From the IMG/VR virus record IMGVR_UViG_3300021963_000176, positions 1 to 51,559 of that record: 51,559 nt of DNA, one strand, 5' to 3'. The notes beneath the pieces are model-generated. The model made no database searches. It was not told where the DNA came from and worked only from the letters and a program-made list of their open reading frames with translations. Each line of letters begins with the position of its first letter. Positions within the stretch are counted from its first letter, which is position 1. Below, piece after piece: positions 27,981 to 38,400 of the stretch. Origin of the DNA: a virus. Taxonomy: Duplodnaviria; Caudoviricetes. A program made the position numbers and the translations under genes.

Positions 27981-30900
27981 ATGAATATTTACGAGTATAC
28001 AACAGCATCAGTAAATTCTTTTTCTACTGTAGACCACGGATTCATCTCTTCGATTCCGTCATCTACAGTAGATAATGAGATGCTGCTCGTAAATAATTCT
28101 TTAATCGAAGAAAATTACGGAGAGGTTGTATTTACTGATACTGTCTATCCATTTGGAACTATTAAGATTAATAGTGGTTCAAATTCTGCACAATCTACCG
28201 TTTTTGTTGCCACACCACAACCAATAAGAATTGAATCTTCTGCAATAACACTTAAGAATTCTATATCTGCGTGGGTAGGAACTGGAACATTATTTGAAAT
28301 TGGAGGTGGCATTGAAAGAATTGCTGCTCCTTGGACTTCATCATCTGGGACTCTCAAGATTGTTGGATACTCAATTAATAAAGTATCCAACGATTATAAT
28401 TTAAATACTGTAATCTACTACACTTCAGAAGACTATGGATTAGTCCCAAGTGTAGTAGATTTTTTTGTTGAGAATGGAAATATTTTAAATCAAACATCTT
28501 CTGAAGATAATTACGGAAATATAATTTATAATACCGAACAATTATCAGCAATAGGTAATGTAGAAATTAAGGGTGCATCTGAAGATAGATATGTACCTTC
28601 CATTGCTGGTATTGGATCAATATATGTAACTGGTGATGCAACCTCAGCATTCGTAGAGCCAGTACCTCAAATTTATGATTATGAAAAAACAGTAGCGTTT
28701 GATGTAATAGGATTTGCAAACGTTATATTTAACAGAATTCCATCGTATTCTGGTTCAGGAACTTTCTCTGCATTTAATAGTTCCTTTACATCAGAAACCT
28801 ACGATTATAATTCGTCAAGTATTGCTGATTACAGCACTTATAATTACGGAAGTGTAGCAGCATCAGGCATTACTGTAAATTATGGCACAATAATTAATAA
28901 TCCATCTTCAGGTGAAGAAGATTATGGTTATGTAATACTGAACGATGTAGAGTATCCATTAGTAGGAAACTTTGAATTTTCTGGCGAATCTATTAATATT
29001 AGAAAACAAAGTTTCAGTGGTTCTGGAACAATCAATGTATCAGGATTTGAGACAACTGTATTTGTTGAGCCAGTCCCACAAATTTATGAATATGAAAAGA
29101 CTGTCATATTCAATATATTCGGAACTGCAGATGTACAAGCAATTAGTAGAGTATATACTGGTTCTGGTCTCATTTCGTCCATTATTAATTCTGAAGAAGA
29201 GGTAACTTATAGTTATAATCAATCTGCAGTTGTTGAATATAACAAGTTTGATTATGGAACAGTCACTGTATCTGGTTCTACTATTAATTATGGATTAGTT
29301 TCAGATAAAGAAACTACTAGTGAAGAGAACTATCGTTATATTACACTCAGTGAAACTTCTTATTCACTGAGTGGTTCATTTATATTAAGTGGTCAAACAC
29401 AGAATACCAGAACATCAAATTATGTGGGTACTGGAATTGTTTCGGTAAATGGTGCTGGAACGACATCATTTGTAGAGCCAGTACCACAAATAGTAGAATA
29501 CGAAAATATTGGACTCTTTGAAATTTCTGGTTCTGCAAATATAAAGATTCTATCGAGCAGAAATTATGCTGGAACTGGATCTTTCATTACTCTTTCCAAT
29601 TCTACTTTCTCAGAGACTTACAGTTACAATCAATCAAGTGTTGTTGAGTATAGCACAACTAATTATGGATTTGTAACTGCATCTGGAACAACCAATAATT
29701 ACGGTCTAATTACTGAGCAGAATATTTCAGAGTTTGATAATTACGGCAATGTAATACTTACTGATATTTCTTATCCCTTCTTTACATCGTTTGTCTTTGC
29801 AAACTCTGGTTTAGAAAACCGCACCAAAGTTTATACTGGAACAGGAACCATATTTAATATTATTGGATCTGCAGAATCCGCAGTATCAAGTTTCAGTGGA
29901 ACAGGTTTATTCAATATTACAGGTTCATCTTCTCAGTTCTTCAGTTCAACATATACATCTTCTGGATCCCTGTCATCTATAGGATTCATAACTGAACTAA
30001 GAACTTATGATTATAATACTTCTACTGTTATTGAATATAGTCAGAACGACTACGGTAACATCACTGCTTCTGGATCTACTCAAGATTATGGTCTTGTATC
30101 TATTCCAACAAATTCAGGTGAAGAGGATTATGGATACATTATTCTCTCAGAAACCACTTATTCATCTAATGGAACTCTGAAGTTTAGTGGATTCTCAATA
30201 GACGAATATAAACCATCATTTAATTATAGAGGAAGAGGTTCAATATTTGCTATTGGTGGTTCAGCAGATGTTGTATCTTACAGTCCAGATGGAACTGGAC
30301 TCTTCAACATTTATGGCGAAGGTGGAACTCCATTCTCTAGACCATATATTGCTTCTGGTTTCTTATATTCAATTGGTTCTAGCGATGAAACTAAGACATA
30401 TGATTACAACAGATCTTCTGTAATTGAATTTAATTCTGAGGATTATGGTTTAATAACTGTATCTGGTTCTACAGAAAATTATGGTTTAGTAACTGATGTA
30501 CTAGATTCTGGAGAACAAAATTATGGTTATGTAGTATTTACTGAAACTACATATGCTCTTGAAGGTGGATTTGAATTTACTGGTATCTCAATTAATGAAT
30601 TCAAGCCATCATTTGCTTACATAGGAAAAGGTTCAATATTTGCTATTGGTGGTTCAGCAGATGTTGTATCTTACGGACCTGATGGAACTGGATTATTTGA
30701 TGTTTATGGTGAAGGCGGAACTCCATTCTCTAGACCATATATTGCTTCTGGATCTCTGTTCTCAATCGGATCTGGTGATGAGTCAAGAACTTATGATTAT
30801 AATGAAAGCGCAATAGTTGAGTTTAACTTTGCAAATTATGGTTTAATAACTGTATCTGGTTCTACAGAAAATTATGGTCTGGTAAGTGATTCTGTAGATT

Positions 30901-33900
30901 CAGGTGAAGAAAATTATGGATACATTGTTCTGGGAGTAACATCATATCCATTAGAAGTATCCTTAACTATTACTGGTGATTCAATAACCAGTTACAAACC
31001 ATCCTTTGCATTTGAAGGTAATGGAACAATATTTGCTATTGGTGGCTTGGCAGATGTTGTATCTTACGGACCTGATGGAACTGGATTGTTTGATATTTCA
31101 GGAACAGCAAATGCTCTGTTCCCCAAACCATATATTGCTTCTGGTTCTCTGTTCTCAATTGGTTCTGGCATTGAATCTAGAACATATGATTATAATGAAA
31201 GTGCAATAATTGAATTCAATTCGATAGATTATGGTTTAATAACTGTATCTGGTTCTACAGAAAATTATGGTCTGGTAAGTGATCCTGTAGATTCAGGTGA
31301 AGAAAATTATGGTTATATAACATTTACTGAATTTACCTATTCCGTATCTGGTCCATTTAAAATTAGTGGCGAATCCATTAATGAATTCAAGCCATCATTT
31401 GCTTACATAGGAAAAGGTTCAATATTTGCTATTGGTGGTTCAGCAGATGTTGTATCTTACGGACCTGATGGAACTGGATTATTTGATGTTTATGGTTCTG
31501 CAGAAACTCCATTCTCTAGACCATATATTGCTTCTGGATCTCTGTTCTCAATCGGATCTGGTGATGAGTCAAGAACTTATGATTATAATGAAACTGCAGT
31601 AGTTGACTTTAACTCAGTTGATTATCAAACAATTACGCTATCAGGCGTAACAATTAACTATGGTCTGATCAGCGATTCACTAACTGCTGGCAAAGAAGAA
31701 TATGGATATATTACTAACTATGGATTAAAACCATTCGGTGGATTTATCCTGTCAAATAGCGCGGTTCAGGTATTTAATTCTATATCCACTTTTGCTGGAA
31801 CTGGTCAATTCTTTGCGGCTTCTGGTGCTGCAGAATCTACCTTTGCACCAGTACAAATAGAAACACAACTATTTGTACTTAGCGGAACCTCTGAATTTAT
31901 ATTCCAGAGAGCATTTAACTCAACTGGTTCACTCTTCACTATTGGATACATTAATGAGTCTAGAACATATGATTATAATGATGATACTATTGTTGAATAC
32001 ACCAGTGAAGATTATGGTTATATAACAGCTTCTGGCGTAACTTCGGATTATGGTTTAATTGATGAAGAATTAAGTTTTGGTGAGAAAAATTACGGATACA
32101 TTGTTCTCTCTGAAACAACTTATTCTGCTATTAATACTATATCCATTAGTGGTACATCCATTGAAGAATATAAACCATCTTTCGCTTACCGTGGAAGAGG
32201 AACGATATTCGCTATTGGTGGCGAAGCAGATGTTATATCATATAGTCCTGATGGAGTCGGACTCTTTGATATTTCAGGAGCAGCTAATGTTCTATTCTCT
32301 AGACCATACATTGCTTCAGGTTCTCTGTTTGCTATTAACTCCGCAAATGAATTTAGAACTTATGATTATAATCAATCATCGGTAGTAGAATTCAGTAATG
32401 TAGATTACGGTTTAGTCACTACATCTGGAGCAACCATTAATTATGGTCTAATCACTGACTTTGCAGCAGCAGGTGAAATTGAATATGGATATATCACAAA
32501 TATAGATTATGCACATCCATATGGTGATATTAATGTATATGGCGAGAGTGATACACCAAGACTGAGAAAGTATTATGCATCAGGTTCACTGTTTGGATAC
32601 TCTGGTGCTGCAGAATCGTTCTCTGCTCAAACTCCAGAAAATATTTCCCTTCATATTATTAGTGGTTCTGCTGACACTGACAGAAGTAGAAAATATGATT
32701 CTTCTGGTTCTGTATTTGTTTATGACACTGGTGTTGAGAAACAAACAGATTCTTATGTAGGTAGTGGTGAAATATACTTTTATATTCGTGGTGAAATTGA
32801 AGTACAGGCAAACTATGTTTCGGAAGGAGGAACATTATTCAACTATTCTGGTGCTGTAGAATCGTTCTCTGCCCAGACTCCAGAAAATACAGTTCTGTAT
32901 TCATTCTCGGGTTCAGTTACTGAAAAACATACTGAAAATTATGTTGGTGCTGGTTCTGTATTTGGATTCTTTGGCGCTTCTGAAGCATTTGCAAATAAAG
33001 CACCTGAAAATACACAACTATTTGTTATTAGTGGAACTGCTTCTGGTAACGAGAAACATACAGAATCATATGTTGGTTCTGGTTCAATCAACATTTATAC
33101 ATTTACTGATAAAGAATGGTTATACTACAGACCAGTTCCTCGTTATGTCACAGTTTCTGGTGATGTTTACATCTCTGGAGAAAGTCAGTTCAGAGCAATT
33201 TCCAATGAAATTGGTTCTGGTCAATTAACCACAGCAGGAACACTTGAGTCAATCAAGTTTACTTATGATGTAGTTGGTTCTGGTACTCTGTTTACTAGCT
33301 CTGGTGCTGTTGAAGTATCTTCTGTATCACCAACACTTGAAACTCTCCTCTTCAATGTATCTGGTTCACATACAGTTTCATTTGTTGAAGGTCCATACAA
33401 TGGTTCTGGTTCTATCTCAACAATTGGTGGTTCTGCAGAATCCTTTGTTGTACAAACTCCAGAAAATATAATACTTTATAACGTATCTGGTGGTGCAGTT
33501 GAGAAGAATACTGAAGCATATCTTGGTGCTGGAACACTTAATAATATTTCTGGTGCTGCAGAATCGTTCTCTGCTCAGACTCCAGAAGATACTGTTCTCT
33601 TTACATTCTCTGGTTCTGGTACAGAGAGCTTTATTGCTCAGACTCCAGAAGATACTGTTCTCTTTACATTCTCAGGATTCTCTACTGAGAGAAACACGGA
33701 AGCATATGTCGGCACTGGAATTAAGAATGTATATGGATACATCGCAGAAAAATATACTGGTGATTATTCTGGTTCTGGTACTCTCTTCACAAATTCTGGT
33801 GCTGCTGAAGTTGTTTCCTTCAACACTCCAGAACAGAAGATTACTTACAATGTAAGTGGTTCTGCTGCAGAAAGTTACACCAACATCTACGAAGGATTTG

Positions 33901-35159
33901 GTACACTTTACAAATTTAATAGTGCTGGAGAATCTGCTGCATTTAACCCAGTCGAAAGAACTGTAACTTATATCTTCTCTGGTGCTGGTTCCGAAAGAAC
34001 TACTGATCGTTACATTGGTTCTGGTAACATTTCTACAATTAATGGTTCTTCAGAGAGTGCTGTAGTAAATCCACCAGAAAGAACTTCGCTATATCAAATT
34101 TACGGTTCTTCGACATTCTCATTCAGCAAAGCAAATTATATTGCTTCTGGAACTATATTTACATTTATTGGTGCTGCAGAATCTACAACTATTAATCCAG
34201 ATGAGACCACTGTAACTTATGTTCTTTCTGGTGCTGGATCCGAAAGAACCACAAATCGTTACATTGGTTCTGGTTCTGTATTTGCATTCAATGGATCTGC
34301 TGAAAGTAAGGTATTTGATTACCAGGCAGTTACAAAACTCTATGAAATTTATGGTTCCTCTGTATTCTCCTTCGCAAAAGGAAATTACAATGCTTCTGGA
34401 ACTGTATTCGCGTTTAATGGTGCTGCAGAATCGACAACCATTAATCCAACAGAAGATACTACATTATATACTGTATCTGGTGCTGCACAATATAGAACAA
34501 CATCAGATTATGTTGGTTCTGGAAATATCAGCGTTGATGTATCTGCAGCAAGTAGAATTGTATATGGAAGATATTCTGGTAGTGGTAGATTAAATGTAAA
34601 TGGTAACTCGGTCAATAGAGTATTTTACTCACCTGACAATCAAATCGTATATGCAGAAATATCTGGTTCTGCTGATGAAAGACATATTGAAACTTATGTT
34701 GGAACTGGATTTATTAGTAAGTTTAATGGTTCTAGTGAGATAATTGCATACAATCCACCAGAGAATACTGTTCTATACACTTTCTCTGGTTCTGCACAAA
34801 GTTCTTATTCACCAACAACATACGAAGCCACAGGTGAAATTCATATTGATGGCGATTCAAATAATTCTAAAATCTCCAAATACATTGGTTTTGAATATGT
34901 TTCAACTTCTGGAACATTTGAACTTACTAAGACCAGTGCTTATGAAGGAACTGGAAACATTACACTGTCTTCACAAGCAACAGTAATATTCAATGTTTCC
35001 ATATTAATAAGTGCAGTAACATACAATATTTCTGGATCGGCAAATGATGCATTTACTAAGTTATCACCAACAGAAACAATACAGATACAAATTTCTGGCG
35101 AATCCCAGAATGTATTGAATACATTTACCCCAGCAAGGATCTTCGGTACTATTATCTAA
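27981..35159 (+). CDS. Giant acidic repeat protein, 2392 aa; putative fibre scaffold
   Basis: Uninterrupted ORF built almost entirely of ~20-aa Y-x-G-S-G-x-(I/L)-F...G-x-A-E-S strand repeats, with twelve triple-[D/N]YG modules in the N-terminal two thirds. Confidence 0.8.
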   Translation: MNIYEYTTASVNSFSTVDHGFISSIPSSTVDNEMLLVNNSLIEENYGEVVFTDTVYPFGTIKINSGSNSAQSTVFVATPQPIRIESSAITLKNSISAWVGTGTLFEIGGGIERIAAPWTSSSGTLKIVGYSINKVSNDYNLNTVIYYTSEDYGLVPSVVDFFVENGNILNQTSSEDNYGNIIYNTEQLSAIGNVEIKGASEDRYVPSIAGIGSIYVTGDATSAFVEPVPQIYDYEKTVAFDVIGFANVIFNRIPSYSGSGTFSAFNSSFTSETYDYNSSSIADYSTYNYGSVAASGITVNYGTIINNPSSGEEDYGYVILNDVEYPLVGNFEFSGESINIRKQSFSGSGTINVSGFETTVFVEPVPQIYEYEKTVIFNIFGTADVQAISRVYTGSGLISSIINSEEEVTYSYNQSAVVEYNKFDYGTVTVSGSTINYGLVSDKETTSEENYRYITLSETSYSLSGSFILSGQTQNTRTSNYVGTGIVSVNGAGTTSFVEPVPQIVEYENIGLFEISGSANIKILSSRNYAGTGSFITLSNSTFSETYSYNQSSVVEYSTTNYGFVTASGTTNNYGLITEQNISEFDNYGNVILTDISYPFFTSFVFANSGLENRTKVYTGTGTIFNIIGSAESAVSSFSGTGLFNITGSSSQFFSSTYTSSGSLSSIGFITELRTYDYNTSTVIEYSQNDYGNITASGSTQDYGLVSIPTNSGEEDYGYIILSETTYSSNGTLKFSGFSIDEYKPSFNYRGRGSIFAIGGSADVVSYSPDGTGLFNIYGEGGTPFSRPYIASGFLYSIGSSDETKTYDYNRSSVIEFNSEDYGLITVSGSTENYGLVTDVLDSGEQNYGYVVFTETTYALEGGFEFTGISINEFKPSFAYIGKGSIFAIGGSADVVSYGPDGTGLFDVYGEGGTPFSRPYIASGSLFSIGSGDESRTYDYNESAIVEFNFANYGLITVSGSTENYGLVSDSVDSGEENYGYIVLGVTSYPLEVSLTITGDSITSYKPSFAFEGNGTIFAIGGLADVVSYGPDGTGLFDISGTANALFPKPYIASGSLFSIGSGIESRTYDYNESAIIEFNSIDYGLITVSGSTENYGLVSDPVDSGEENYGYITFTEFTYSVSGPFKISGESINEFKPSFAYIGKGSIFAIGGSADVVSYGPDGTGLFDVYGSAETPFSRPYIASGSLFSIGSGDESRTYDYNETAVVDFNSVDYQTITLSGVTINYGLISDSLTAGKEEYGYITNYGLKPFGGFILSNSAVQVFNSISTFAGTGQFFAASGAAESTFAPVQIETQLFVLSGTSEFIFQRAFNSTGSLFTIGYINESRTYDYNDDTIVEYTSEDYGYITASGVTSDYGLIDEELSFGEKNYGYIVLSETTYSAINTISISGTSIEEYKPSFAYRGRGTIFAIGGEADVISYSPDGVGLFDISGAANVLFSRPYIASGSLFAINSANEFRTYDYNQSSVVEFSNVDYGLVTTSGATINYGLITDFAAAGEIEYGYITNIDYAHPYGDINVYGESDTPRLRKYYASGSLFGYSGAAESFSAQTPENISLHIISGSADTDRSRKYDSSGSVFVYDTGVEKQTDSYVGSGEIYFYIRGEIEVQANYVSEGGTLFNYSGAVESFSAQTPENTVLYSFSGSVTEKHTENYVGAGSVFGFFGASEAFANKAPENTQLFVISGTASGNEKHTESYVGSGSINIYTFTDKEWLYYRPVPRYVTVSGDVYISGESQFRAISNEIGSGQLTTAGTLESIKFTYDVVGSGTLFTSSGAVEVSSVSPTLETLLFNVSGSHTVSFVEGPYNGSGSISTIGGSAESFVVQTPENIILYNVSGGAVEKNTEAYLGAGTLNNISGAAESFSAQTPEDTVLFTFSGSGTESFIAQTPEDTVLFTFSGFSTERNTEAYVGTGIKNVYGYIAEKYTGDYSGSGTLFTNSGAAEVVSFNTPEQKITYNVSGSAAESYTNIYEGFGTLYKFNSAGESAAFNPVERTVTYIFSGAGSERTTDRYIGSGNISTINGSSESAVVNPPERTSLYQIYGSSTFSFSKANYIASGTIFTFIGAAESTTINPDETTVTYVLSGAGSERTTNRYIGSGSVFAFNGSAESKVFDYQAVTKLYEIYGSSVFSFAKGNYNASGTVFAFNGAAESTTINPTEDTTLYTVSGAAQYRTTSDYVGSGNISVDVSAASRIVYGRYSGSGRLNVNGNSVNRVFYSPDNQIVYAEISGSADERHIETYVGTGFISKFNGSSEIIAYNPPENTVLYTFSGSAQSSYSPTTYEATGEIHIDGDSNNSKISKYIGFEYVSTSGTFELTKTSAYEGTGNITLSSQATVIFNVSILISAVTYNISGSANDAFTKLSPTETIQIQISGESQNVLNTFTPARIFGTII
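30190..31620 (+). repeat. Intragenic tandem repeat, 393-nt (131-aa) period
   Basis: GATGGAACTGG anchors at 30288, 30681, 31074 and 31467; 30591-30710 is identical to 31377-31496. Confidence 0.92.
33572..33673 (+). repeat. Intragenic direct repeat, 39 nt identical, 63-nt period
   Basis: TGCTCAGACTCCAGAAGATACTGTTCTCTTTACATTCTC at 33572 and 33635 (AQTPEDTVLFTFSG twice). Confidence 0.9.
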
Positions 35160-35169
35160 TAAAATAAAA

Positions 35170-35177
35170 TATAAATA
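35170..35177 (+). promoter_or_regulatory. T4-type late promoter
   Basis: Exact TATAAATA 25 nt before ATG 35202. Confidence 0.8.
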
Positions 35178-35201
35178 ATACTAGAAAATTCCAGGGTAAA
35201 A

Positions 35202-35390
35202 ATGACTACTCAAGTACAATTTAGAAGAGGTACTACTGCACAGCACGCAGTTTTTACTGGTGCAGAAGGAGAAATTACTGTAGATACTGATAAGAAAACA
35301 GCAATCGTTCATGATGGTGTTACTGCGGGAGGTTTCCAACTGTCAAGAACTGATGAAAATATTGCTTTTGCTGTCGCTTTCGGTTCTTAA
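35202..35390 (+). CDS. Stand-alone major-tropism-determinant N-terminal (Mtd_N) domain protein, 62 aa
   Basis: QVQFRRGTTAQH..FTGA.GEITVDTDK....VHDG.TAGG is the Mtd_N signature; hydrophobic C-terminal IAFAVAFGS. Confidence 0.85.
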   Translation: MTTQVQFRRGTTAQHAVFTGAEGEITVDTDKKTAIVHDGVTAGGFQLSRTDENIAFAVAFGS

Positions 35391-35401
35391 TTTTTCACAG
35401 C

Positions 35402-35409
35402 AATAAATA
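35402..35409 (+). promoter_or_regulatory. Late promoter variant
   Basis: AATAAATA in the gap before the 2837-aa gene; AGGA SD present. Confidence 0.55.
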
Positions 35410-35449
35410 GATTTAACATCAATTAACTTAATTCGGCAGGAATTTAAAA

Positions 35450-38400
35450 ATGGCAAAGAAACTAAATTTTTATTATACTTTCACCCCATCTACGAGAACT
35501 ATTGTAGTTAATGGTAATGTAAGTAGAAAAAAATTACTACTTATTACTAATGTAACTAGAAATGAAGTTCTTTATAATTTTGCACAACCTTCTAGAGGTG
35601 CTTCGTCAATTAATTATAATGCTGATACCGATCAAACTACAATTGTTCTGGTATACGACACAGCTACTAATGGTCATAATGCCAATGATGTTCTTCAGAT
35701 TTTTTCAGAAGAAGATGCACAAGTATTCAAGCCAGAAGAGTTTATTGTTGACCCAGTAAGCAAATTCCGTGTTTCTCAGCCAAATACATTAATTGATACT
35801 GATTTTGAATATGGTCTTCAATCTTCAAAATGGGAAACTCTTGAGCGTGTAAACAATATTGCTTCTTTCTATTCCATTGCTGGTGATACTCCTGTTACTG
35901 GAATTGTTGATGTAACAACTAACGGAACAAAAGAAGTTGTAGTTACTACATCAACTGCTCATGGTCTTCCTACTGGTATGCCAATTGATGTTCGCGGTCT
36001 TACTAGTATCACTGCAGAAGGCACTTTTCTGGTAAGAAAAACAACTGATTATCAATTCATATACGAAACTGCTGTTGTTCAACCTGGAACTGCATCAATT
36101 CCTGCCACTCTTCTTACACCATATACAAATATTATTACTGGTAGATTCTATATTAACGCAGCTATTAACCTCGATAATGCTGCCGAAAATGAGTCTGGTC
36201 CTATTGAAACTGATGGCGCAAGTCCAAGTACCCTGAAGATGACAACATCTTATGATCATGGTTTTAATCAAAATGCTCCTTTCTACCTTACAAATACATT
36301 AGGCAATACTGCTACTGAATTCGATCCTGCATCTGTAGAATTTGATGGAAACGTAGACGATAGAGTTGCTTTTGAATTTGATACTGGTTATTTCAACCCA
36401 TATGAACCAGAACATGATGGTTTTAAGATTAGAACTTGCTTAGTATCTGCAATTAATACTACTGCTCATACTATTACAATTCCAAATCATGGTCTGAAAA
36501 CTGGTGACCCCGTTGCTTTCCTTGGTTCAACTTGGTCACAAGTACCTCAAATTACAGCTGTAGGTACTGGTAGATTCCAAATTCCTGCTGGCAATCTTCC
36601 TTTCTTTAATAATGGTAGCATTTCTGGTGGAGATGCTTCATCTTGGTTGTATGTAACTGTACTTGATAAAGATACATTTAGAGTATGCACAAACCCTCAA
36701 AGTGCATTTGATGGTACAGATGGAATTCAATTTAATCCTGGTTCAGGAACTTGGGCAGCTAACCCAAATGAAACTCTCACTTTCTCACTGACAACCAAAA
36801 GAGGTTATGATATTCAGTCAGATATTCTGAATATCAGAACTATAAGCGGTTCCTCAGAAGTAAGAGTGGCACTTGGCAAGAGTTGCAGAGAATTAAATAT
36901 TTATCCAGAGATGCAAATCACCATCGATGATTGTGGTGTTACTTCTCTGAATGGTGTTTATGTTGTCAAAGAAGTTCCTACTAATGGTGCTTGGTCTACC
37001 GAAGTGTTTAATGAATTAGACAAACACTTCATTATGGAAGGTCCAACTGACAACACAGGAACATTTGTAAATCAAACACTAAACAAAACATATACAACTT
37101 CAAATACATCAGCATCTACTGATGTGCTACTTTTAGCATCTACATTTGAAAGAACTTTTTCCCCCACAATCACTACTGTATCAGGTTCTACTTTAATCGT
37201 AGACTCGATGCAGTTACTCGGTGATGGAAATCTTCCTACTCGTGTTGGTTCTACTGTAAGATTTACTAATGTAGGTTCATTGACTGGTGTTGTAGTAAAT
37301 ACAAATTACTTTGTTTCTGCAGTAACTCAGACCTCAATCACACTTTCGAGTACTAATCCAAGTGTTTCAGTAACACCTCTGACTCTTGGTGGAACTGTAG
37401 GAGCAGCTGCTGCTAAGGTCTTTATGACTGGTCTTGAAGTAGAAGTTCACGATGCATCAAATTCTTGGTTGAATCACAACAGACTTTCTACTCATGATTG
37501 GTGCTCTATTAATGCAAAAATGTTTACTAGAGAGTGCATTTCAACCACTCTTGATAGAATTTATTCTAAAAATCATGGTCTGAAAGAAGGTACACCAGTA
37601 ATTTTTATCGGTGGTGGTAATACATTTACGACTTTAACTGGTTCACCAAGTCTTCCAACAGAATCCTCAACTGGTAGCATTATTTACTATGTAAGTAGAG
37701 TAACTAATGATGAATTTGAACTTTATCTGAATGCTCCTGATCTCTGGGATGGAGCAAATGAATATGGTGCTTGGAGCAGTTCTGGTGCTAGAGGAAGTAG
37801 AATGACTCTTAGCCCAACAGGAACTCCTTCCGTACAAGCTAATACATGGTCTGGTGGTATTTACCAGTTACACCCTGGGTTTATCGTTAACACTTTTACC
37901 GCAACTGCAACAACTGGTTCTGGTTCAGGTAGAAATGCTGTTCTTGGTCAATATAATAAACTCCCAGCTTATATCACAGAAAAAGCACCAGTTGTTTTCA
38001 AATCAAACAATGGTTCAACTATTTCTGCACCACTGGTAGCAACTCCCGATACTTATCAATCATATCAAAAATACTATGTAAAATCACCACAAAGTAACAT
38101 TGCTAATTCAAATACACCTTCGGGTAAAGGTGAGTTCGCAGTAAGCATTAGTGAAGAAGGTTCTCCAATTGTATTTACTGGAGCTCCAACTATCGGTGCT
38201 GGTAAATTCTTTGCAACTAGAATTTTTGAAAATAGATATTCTAATAGTTTCTATATTCCTTATCACGGTGGTATTGCAGGAAGAAGAACTGCGTATGTAA
38301 CTGGCGCATTCGGTGGTTCCACTGATACAGCACCACTATTCCCAGCAAAAGCAGGATTCCCTAAACCAGTCGCTGAATATCTGACTGATTCTAACGGAAT

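Noticed and set aside
30190-33673. CRISPR array or mobile-element repeats
   Set aside because: The repeats are in-frame coding units with periods divisible by three; no repeat-spacer structure, cas genes or transposase.
35202-35390. Diversity-generating retroelement suggested by the Mtd domain
   Set aside because: Only Mtd_N is present. There is no C-type lectin variable domain, reverse transcriptase or adenine-specific TR/VR pair in the window.
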